Source of the DNA: Takakia lepidozioides | Lineage: Eukaryota; Plantae; Bryophyta | Assembly (NCBI GenBank): GCA_030704615.1 | Contig: CM060731.1 | Coordinates: forward strand, 55,118,001 to 55,182,000 | Direction: 5' to 3' | Length of the DNA stretch: 64,000 nt | Part shown: positions 55,181 to 64,000 of the stretch, in pieces | How positions within the stretch are numbered: position 1 is the stretch's first letter | Layout of the letters: every line of letters begins with the position of its first letter | Notes under the pieces: model-generated | What the model was told of the DNA's origin: nothing | Databases searched by the model: none | Seen by the model: the letters and a program-made list of their open reading frames with translations, nothing else | Position numbers and translations under genes: made by a program

Positions 55181-56124
55181 CGCGTTACAAGCTAAGTTCT
55201 GGAGGTAGGCTGTCGTTTTAACCAAATTTCATGGCACTGCGGACAACATTCCAGTTTTAGTTAAGATAATTGTCAATGTATAATAATGTCTCCAGGCTTC
55301 TCTCTCTCTTTGGCTGAGCTAAACTTACGAGAGGATTCCAAAGCCCACTGAGCCTGCCTGCCCTCCCTCGTGAGGGATGCACCACTAGCCCAATGCCATA
55401 TTTGTCCATGTTCCTACCTTGCTTGTTATATGCTTAGTCCAGTCATCAAAGAAGAGGGATGTGCAAATTCAGAAGCTGAAACAGTTTTAAGTCCCGAGTA
55501 CCATAGTTTTGGAAGTAGGGTCTACCCATTTGTGAACAGATCTTCCCCAGTATCATGATACCTTTTGTACTAGTTCCCACTAATGAGGGAAGTGTTATTT
55601 TTTGTTGCAGACACAAAGGAGCTGGGCGGGCTCTATATGTGGTAAGCCAGGTTAACTTGTGCAGACTAGCAAACTGACACAATATGGAGCCTGTAGAACA
55701 AAATCAATATCACTCAATTGTAGAATCTTTGGAATCATTTCTGTAACTAGTCAGAATGGAAACCACTGATTTCCCAGAGTGTTGGGGCTTTGCAATGAAT
55801 TTTTACTCAACCTTTTTGACACGGACTCAATACTTCTAGCTTTCTAGTTGGCACTATCCTAGGTTGTTTCCTCAAGTCATGCATGCTACCTAACAACTGT
55901 TATTGTCGTGTGTATTGTAATTGCTTTATATGTGCATGAATGTCTCAACCATATGGTCCTGGACTTGAATGGTACCTGATAGATGGGAACCAATTCAATG
56001 CATATCCCACAAGGGTTACAGATGGTACTCTAAGCTAGCTTTGCTCAATGTGGTCCCATGTTTAGTTCTATAAATTTCTAATAATAGTTCTATTATGGCC
56101 CATGCATTATCCTAAGTATCAGGA

Positions 56125-57890
56125 TGTCATGGTTTTAGTCATGGTTAACTAGAATTACCTACTTCTAGTAACTAGGACATTTTGGACATTTATATTTGTA
56201 TTTTGTGTGTTGGGACTTCATTTGGTCTCACATGTCAAGTGAGGTATCAAACCTCACTTGGGACATGGGGATGGTTTTCCCCCTTGTGAGTGTTGAAAGG
56301 GCTCAGTCTTCTTGTAGTTGCCTCCATGAGCCGTCTCCACCTCCATAGCTCTAGGTATTGAGAGAGAGGTGTTGAGGGCTTTTGTAGGGTGGATTCATTT
56401 ACCCAGGGTGCCCTTGGTTTGACTTCGTTTATGTGATTGAGTGGATTCAGGAATGGAGTGTTTCAATTGTGTTCACTTTCATTATCACTACAAGAATATG
56501 ACCTATGTTTGTGAGTGCGGAGTATAAGGGCTTTGGAAGATAGCTCTTGTGTTGCAAGATGTTGCATATATTGCAAAGGAAAATCCTTGTGGTCTTAGGG
56601 CTTTAAGCAAACAAGGCTGATTTTCTTCCTCATTTTCATCTTGACTGTTTGGAGGACTATTTGCGGTTCTTGAAGGCAAGTTTTGGCAAGCTTTTGGAGC
56701 CTTGGAAGGCTATGTGGAAGATCATTTGGGGTCTTTGAAGGCCAATATTGGCAAGTTCTGGAGTCCTTTGGAAGTGTGTTTGGAGGGCTGTTTGGGTCCG
56801 TGGAGGCCGATATTTGGCGACCTTGAAGAGTCTTTGGCGACTTGTTGAAGGACTATTTGGGGTCCTTAAGAGCCAAGATTTGGCAGGCTCTTGGGCCTAT
56901 GTGTATCTGTTTGGAGTACCATTGTCCAAGCTTTGGGAGTCTTATGAGATTGTTTGAGAGACATCTTGAGGGCTTTAGAGAGCTATTTGAGATATCATGA
57001 AAGGTCCTTGTCTATTGCTTAGTAAAAGAGTGGGAGATAGGGTCGTGGGATGAGAGCATGCTGTAATAGGAATTGCTTTAGTCTCTCTTCATTGTAGTCT
57101 TCCACCCTCTCTGTAGGCCAAAACCTTTCCGTAGGTGGAGGCAAGAGTCAGTCCGGGTGGGCTGGGGTGTCCTTGCAGGAGCGACACTGTGGAGTGTTTT
57201 TGGTCTGGGGGAGTTACTGTTTTGATTTTCTTGTGCTTGGTTCCCCTCCAAACGTGCATGCTTGACTGTGCGTCATGTTAGTTTTGTGTGGGCGTTTGTT
57301 TTCATATGAGGTTGGTCCGGATTTGATCACCGGTCGATCCTAGAGCGTGCTGTCAGTGGTGCAGGCCTATGGTGATGACCAGTCAGACCATCATTGTTCA
57401 CTTATGGTGAGGCTGGGTTGATGACCAGCAGACCATAGGAGTACTTGCGGTGGATGCAGGTGCAGGTACAGGTTTATGTTATGAACCTAGTAGTCTAAGT
57501 CATTAGCTGCAGTAGGTTCTCTACCCGGTTACCTTGTGAAAAGGGGGATTACAGACAGGTTTACAACAGGTGTGGTTGTGAGTTTTCATCACGGAGGTGC
57601 CACTAGTTGTTGAGGTCAGTGCCGGTACAAGCACTAGCGATACTAGTGCATACACGAGATGAGGTGTGCGGTTTAGGCCACGTTCACCTTCTGTGTCTTC
57701 TAAGGAGGGTTCTGACACGGAATTACTGAAGCAGGGGCCACTGGCGGAGCAGAGCTTGTGCCAAACCCCTTTTTTGTATCTCGGAATTCTTGGAGAAAGG
57801 TCATGTCGGTTAGCCATGCCACGGTTCAACGTCGAACAGCGCCAGGCTGTAGTGCAAGAGGCAGAAAGTTTAGCCCTAACAAAATGAGAA
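56125..57890 (+). mobile_element. Probable LTR (~56125-57568) with a short piece of internal sequence
   Basis: TGTCATGG...TTACAACA boundaries, G/T-rich degenerate tandem motifs (tttggag, ttggggtcc, cttgaagg) and a TATA-like tataag at ~56523. No TSD or canonical primer-binding site found. Confidence 0.4.
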
Positions 57891-58369
57891 GATGAGGGCA
57901 TCATCCACAATGGTAGCAAGGTTGGAGATACTCTGTAGGTATAATGGAACCCATCAGATCTCCAGAATATTCCCAACCACTCCCATTGTGAGCCCCAACC
58001 ACATCCCTCGAGTATGAAACCTTGATGCCAGTTAGGACATATAAAGTAAACGATATGGGATAAAGATGTGGAAGGTCCAATTTGACAACAGTCCAAAAAT
58101 GCCCAAAATGTGACAAACTGCAATGACTAATATGCACTTCATATTCATGCGAAATAGATTCTTAAATGAAATGAGAGATGATGAATCGCCAATCACGCCT
58201 CGGAAATGGCCGCGATACAGATTGAGTGCATGGCCGTCCGGAGGAACCGACAGTTTCCAGCCACTTCCTGACAACAGAATACTGCACCGCAGCTCCCGGA
58301 GTGAATTGCCGATGGTAGCATTCCAAGACGCACGCCGAAATGGAAATCTGAAGGAATTTCTGAAAATTC

Positions 58370-58870
58370 AAGTCGAATTGTTGAAATGGATGAAATGTAT
58401 ATGGATGAAAACCCGAGGGAAATGGGAATGTGTAGGTACTTATGAAACATCAATTGTGGATTCATTTTGAGGGCAAAAGGCCTGTTCAGTGCCGAACACT
58501 AAACTCATTATCAATCAAAAGGATCAACGCAGCAAACCACACCAGAACGACAATCGACAAATAAAGAAAGGAACTCAACAGTGTTCGGTGTCGAACACCG
58601 ACTCCGTCAACAACGGGCTATGCAACGAATGGATGAATATGGAATGGATTGAAATCCGAAATTTGGAGGTCTTACTACACCTCAAGTGTGGAAGGTAATC
58701 TGAGGGCGACTGTAGTGTTCGGTGTCAAACACTAAAGTCCTGCCAACTAAGGAGGAAAGACATAAAGTTCGAGTAATGGATGAAATTTGGAAATGGATTA
58801 AAACCCGACAGAAAAGGAAATTTGGAGGTCTTTCTGAATTTCAAATGTGGATTGAAATTAAAGTGCGCAT
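58370..58870. repeat. Left subterminal-type repeats (ggatgaa/gaatgg units and three gtgttcggtgtcgaacac-type palindromes)
   Basis: Palindromes at ~58483, 58581 and 58715; units are complementary to the ttcatcc/ccattc array at 62510-62850. Confidence 0.6.
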
Positions 58871-59265
58871 AGCATTAATTGCCAGAAATTATGGGTTTGC
58901 TATCAAACTTGCCAAGTAATAGATGGGCCCTGGAGTTTCAATGCGAGGGAGCCGGTTCAGCCAGCGTGACCCCCGCCACCCCCCGCCCACCCCACCTCCA
59001 TCGCCCGACACACCGCGCGGCAGCCCCTCCCACGCCTCATGTTCCCTCTGCCAGGACATGATACATGTCCTCTCACCCATCCCCATCCTGCCTCCCATCC
59101 TCACCTCATGCATGGCATCGTCCCCTATCGCCCTTGCATGCCTTCATCCTCCCCATCCACATGCTTGCGTCCGTTTGCATGCAGCGTATCCCCAACCTTA
59201 CATCAGCCCATCAATTCAAAATGCTTCTGACACATCTTGTCAAATGGCAAATCTGACGAAATAAA

Positions 59266-61988
59266 ATGGACGTTGGGATATATGCCACGTCGTCACATAC
59301 ACTGCCACCCCAATTGAGGGTTTTGCTACCTCTCATCGTGCATTTCCTAGATAGCAGTTCTCTCCATGCGTTTCTAGCTTGCCCACATGAATTGACAGCA
59401 TTCCATTATACCTGCCCAGAATATGAGTACAAAAAGGCGCATGTGAGGATACGGCATCAAAAGAACACATCAGCAAACTCAGAAGCGTCTTATTTCTGTA
59501 AGCATGGCTAAAGAGGTTGAGCATGGCAAGATTTTGCCCCACCTTCTTTAATCTGCAAAGTCACTACAGACAAACCAAGACAGGTACTTTTTCACACACC
59601 ATGACTTGCAAAGTCAATACCCTAAACACTGTGGAGGTAACAGAGGCTATGTGTGCAAAGGAATGGCGTGCAGGTCCACCAAAAAAAAGGGGGAGAAAGC
59701 CTACAGTGGGGCCCATCATCCACAGGAAAGAAAACTAAACAAAAAATGACTACAACAACAAAACAGGATAGGCACAAAAGAGGATGCATATGCCGATTTG
59801 TTGTCAAGCAATGCTCCTGTACCCTACTTGGCAGAGATAATTTATTATGAGAAACAACATGTAAATGGAAGAGGTCAGACCTTCATGTCACTTGAACCGA
59901 TGTGCAATGGCTCCCCATCTTAGCGATGACATGAAATCATGGATTTTGCACAATTTTGCATCTTGGGCTGAGCAAAAACAAGATAATGGCCAAGCACACC
60001 TGCGAGTGAAGAGTTGAATGGAGCAAGGCTGGACGTCAGCCGTGACACTTTTCTCCTCTCCATGACATACGGACTATTGCAAAGCTATGCGATGAAGAGA
60101 CATTCACAAAACAACCAAATGATGCCCAGAGTGTCCGCATGTGGGTGCATTAAAATATGGCTAGTGTTTTTTACTACCAGAAGAAAAAACCACAAGGCTT
60201 GGACATCCAGTGACATCAAACTTGATCTTGATCCATTCGTCTTGGCATACAGACAGTGTGGCAGCGAGATCAAATGTTGAAATTTGGCCATCACCGAATT
60301 GTCGCATGCGACGCCATCTTCAGAACCAATGAGAAGAAGGTGGGATCTGTCTTTTTACTTCATTGCAATCGTTGAAGCCAGGTTTAAGGTGTACTTGTCA
60401 TACTGCATCCCCCACATCGTACAATCTCATACTCACTACTTTCTCCATACAAATCTGCCTCAATTGTTGGTACATTGATTGTTGTTTATGTAGTACACCG
60501 CTATACACCATGATGAATTCGACGAGTGGTTGAATGGAATCCCAGTTGCATTCATCATCACAACAAGATCAAAGGCAATCGATTTAGAGCCATGGATGTC
60601 CACACTGAACAGGAAGCTTCAGGCGAACTAGGCAGAATGGTGCCCATATGCTTTCATTGTTGATGATGCAGATGCTGAAATAAAAGCAATTAGGTGAATC
60701 CCGATTCGCAACTCTTTGGAATTTTTTGGTTTTCTGCAAATCTCTTTATAATGTTGTTACATGTCTTTCTATGTCAGGGCCGTGTGGGGGCAGTCTGCAG
60801 TTTTTCTATGTCTTTGGCATGTGAGGAGAACATGGCAAAAGAATGTCATGTCTAAGATCAAATATACAGATTTGCGTGCATGTGTCATGCAAGATATGTC
60901 AAAAATCATGTGTAGTGCTGCAAAAAATGAGGGTGACGCAGGTGAAGCATGGGCATTGTGCGAACTTGTGAATTTGCATTTCAAGTGCCCCACTGTAAGT
61001 GAATTTTGTGACTACTTAGAGCAGGAGTGGGTCCCTAAAGCTAAGATGTGGACAATGGGTTCTCGCAACATTCCACACGCAGGACAAGACACAAACGCCA
61101 CCATTGAAGTTTATCATGGCAATCTAAAGGCACAACTGAAATGCACAAAGAGCAAACTGGTCAGCAGACGAGTTGATTGGCTCATTCATGAACTCACAGG
61201 TGATTTGCTTACTCATTACAATTTACTGGTATATGTCGTATGCCAAAACATATGGCTTCATCCGCAACAAGCGACTTGAAGGCTTTGTATGCAGCTATGT
61301 TTTGCTTGCCAAACATATTCCCGATTGCAATGTGAACCTTCCGCAGACAAAAGGGGGCATCGCCACTATCAAATGTATTTGGGATGAGGGGACTACCTAT
61401 ACAGTTCACAATCCACCGTCCAACTGGGGATGTTGCGATTGTCGTCATGCCCGCAAAGGTAATATGTGTGCGCATCAGGTGAAGGTGTTGCAAATGTTGC
61501 ACCCCAACGTAGAAGATGGCACCATAGCCAAATTCTGTGGAAGCTTTATTGGGAGCAGTAGAGGTGGCCTTCATAGCTTGTTTGCACCACCTCAATCACC
61601 AGCTGACATGCCTTCCAAAGCACCCATGCGTCCTACCCAAAACGCATCACCATATTCCGCCCAGAAAAGTCCAGGACTGGAATTACGACCATTAATATCC
61701 AATGAGTTCGAGTGGGTTCTAGACATGACAAGACATAAAAGGGTCTTGCAGCAACATCTCATTGCTATGGTTAGAGCAGCCAAAGGGAAAATTTGTGACT
61801 TGACGTGCAGCATGGACGAGGGTATTCATCATCCCCACGAAGACCCCACTCTCACTGAGGTTGACGATGGAGCAACCAACTCCCTTGTGAGATGGAAAGA
61901 TTTTCTAGAGGCGCGCGGTAGAAAGCGTCATGTGGCAAACCTGTCTGAACGGCAGAATGCAGCAAAGAGACAATTGTACGCATCTTGA
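59266..61988 (+). pseudogene. Mutator-like (MULE) transposase with SWIM zinc finger, degenerate, intron-containing
   Basis: KRGCICRFVVKQ; DEWLNGIPVAFIIT; FIVDDADAEIKAI; FLCLWHVRRTW; QDTNATIEVYHGNLK; SWIM CDCRHARKGNMCAHQVK. Stops and frameshifts present; GT-AG introns near 60340-60493 and 60694-60777. Confidence 0.82.
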
Positions 61989-62509
61989 TGAACATGGAGG
62001 TGGGGGGGGGGAGTTCATCATGATCCTAGTGTGCAATACCCTGTTTGTTATTTGACCACAATAACATTGGTCCCAACATTTGCAATCCTAATGTTTCCAT
62101 GACGTGCCATGCTTCATGTATATGTTTCGTTCTCAATGCTGTGACTTTGTCTTCCGAAATTGTGTGGATATGCAGGCCACAATTACCATACATGTATGAA
62201 GTGGTTAGTGCTGAATCATGAAGGCGTGTTAATATGAAATTGCATGGATTCTGGATTGTGTTTGGTGTTAATTTTGCATGTCATGGCCTGTCCAATGTCT
62301 TCTTCCCACAGGGTGTTGCATCCATTTCATTCATTCATTCCATGCTCGTCATCCTAAAACCATGTACATTACATTGTTCCATGTGCATCCTACGTAGTGG
62401 TAGAGTGGCCACCTCGAAGGTTGGCTGATAGACGGCTGCCCACACGCATTTCAGCCATGGAAACAGGGACATGCATACAATGCAACGTGCATGAGAAGAG
62501 GAACCCTAA

Positions 62510-62850
62510 AACCTTTCATCCATATCAAGCCTATGCATACTATCATCCCGTATTCAGGTCGTCGCCATTCATCCCATTCTGGAAATGCATAGGAATCATA
62601 TGCATGTTATCATCCGATATTTCGTCGTCACCATTCATCCCATTCATCCCTATCCATGTTATCATCCGTATTCGACATCACCATTCACCCCATTCATCCC
62701 ATCCATTTCAACCCTATCCATATTTCATCCATATTGCGCCGTCATTATTTATCCAATTCAGCACATTCATATCATCCTATCCATGTTATCATCCATATTC
62801 GATGTCAGCATTCATCCCATTCATCCCATCCATTCCAACCTTATCCATGT
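62510..62850. repeat. Degenerate tandem array of (catcc/cattc) units
   Basis: Repeated ccattcatcccattcatccc and catgttatcatccg/a blocks. Confidence 0.85.
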
Positions 62851-62851
62851 A

Positions 62852-63037
62852 TCGTGCGCATACATATCGCCACACAACTACATCGCTGTCCAAAACCATA
62901 CAACACATGTGCACGCCACACACTAGTATATCACTAGTCCACCACTAGTGCAGCCACTAGTCCAACCACTAGGCTACAACTAGTCAGTCACTAGGCTGCC
63001 ACTATGCTGCCCACTATGGCAGTCACTAGTCCACACA
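62852..63037 (-). repeat. Truncated second LTR copy directly abutting the LTR at 63039-63523
   Basis: ~186-bp direct repeat of 63338-63523 with only a few mismatches. Confidence 0.85.
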
Positions 63038-63038
63038 A

Positions 63039-64000
63039 TGCGAGCTCACAAAGCTGAAGCATAAACTCATGCATATATAAACTCATCACTCAAATACAAG
63101 TCAAGCCAAGTGCACCCCACGCCATGGGGAATCCACACTACGGCGCCATAGCTAGGCGCGGTGAGGCTCAACTCGAGAAAGATGAGCCTCCCACGCTTGC
63201 CATGAAGATAACCACTCCAGGGCCTAAATCTGCCTTGACCCCTGGATTGACACTTGGGCCAATCCCAAATGTCAATATGTAAAAGCTAGCTATTTCTTAG
63301 CTAGTTTCACACTAGTGGTAAAATAACTTGACAGTTGTCGTGCACATACATATCGCTACACAACTACATCGCTGTCCAAAACCATACAACACATGTGCAC
63401 GCCACACACTAATATATCACTAGTCCACCACTAGTGCAGCCACTAGTCCAACCACTAGGCTACAACTAGTCAGTCACTAGGCTGCCACTATGCTGCCTAC
63501 TATGGCAGTCACTAGTCCACACAATCGCCCCCAAGATGTGATAGTGACCATAGCCTCATTAAGTCCTCCACCACTGTCCCTACTATACTCAAACTCAATA
63601 GATCAAGAGGCCGGGTGCAAGAGTTGCCCCATCATTAGTCGCCGTCTTGCAACCTGTGAACTTAAGCCTGGGATCTCGTGTATTGACTCCTATGAGCTTG
63701 GCCTCCCATGTCTTGTTAGTTGCCTCTAGTCATGTCCACTGCCACTATCCCAAGCAGTGTGGACATAACAAATCTCCGTCAGGAACCCTCTTAAGAGGTG
63801 GTGTCAAGCATCCCATATGCCAACCTCTTGAGCATCGATCACACACCAGCATGGTGGCTGCCCCTTTGGCAGACCCACAGAGCATGCACCTCAAACCTGC
63901 AGGTACCACTGCCAAGTTTGGGTCAACTCTGCCATCAACATTGGGAAGGTGACATGGCGCAAAATTACGCACATGGTCTTTCCAAGTCATGCCATCCCGA
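63039..64000 (-). mobile_element. 3' end of a Ty3/gypsy LTR retrotransposon: polyprotein C-terminus with PHD finger, 3' UTR, polypurine tract, LTR (63039-63523)
   Basis: WKDHVRNFAPCHLP..CMLCGSAKGAATMLVCDRCSRGWHMGCLTPPLKRVPDGDLLCPHC* (C4HC3). Purine tract GGGGGCGA precedes TGTGTGGAC; LTR ends CTCGCA; TATA-like run at ~63074. Confidence 0.75.

Noticed and set aside
62397-62948. His/Pro/Ile-rich ORFs
   Set aside because: Translation of the catcc tandem array.

Overview
Eukaryotic plant nuclear DNA, most likely a non-seed land plant. This is inferred from PLS/DYW-type PPR remnants, a Tcn1-like chromovirus and a PHD-bearing Ty3/gypsy element. The first ~21.7 kb is a nest of decayed LTR retrotransposons next to a PPR pseudogene. 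A Tcn1-like host element (H) carries two copies (A and B) of a tRNA-Met-primed chromovirus. The sequence shows that ~14.2 kb (7531-21690) was later inverted: the 5-bp target-site duplication (TSD) CAGGG and the protease reading frame of copy A are both split across opposite strands. The middle holds three intact multi-exon genes: methionine aminopeptidase 2 (+), AUGMIN subunit 4 (+) and nodal modulator/NOMO (-). Around them are a DYW remnant, a MITE, tRNA-derived SINEs and TSD-flanked LINE fragments. Upstream of NOMO is a ~1.1-kb imperfect inverted repeat built from two diverged head-to-head copies of an unrecognised coding sequence, the least explained feature in the window. The right end has an LTR-like remnant, a decayed MULE/SWIM transposase and the 3' end of a gypsy element with a C-terminal PHD finger and a tandem LTR-LTR junction. 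All coordinates were read by eye; family and clade assignments come from motif recognition, not database searches.
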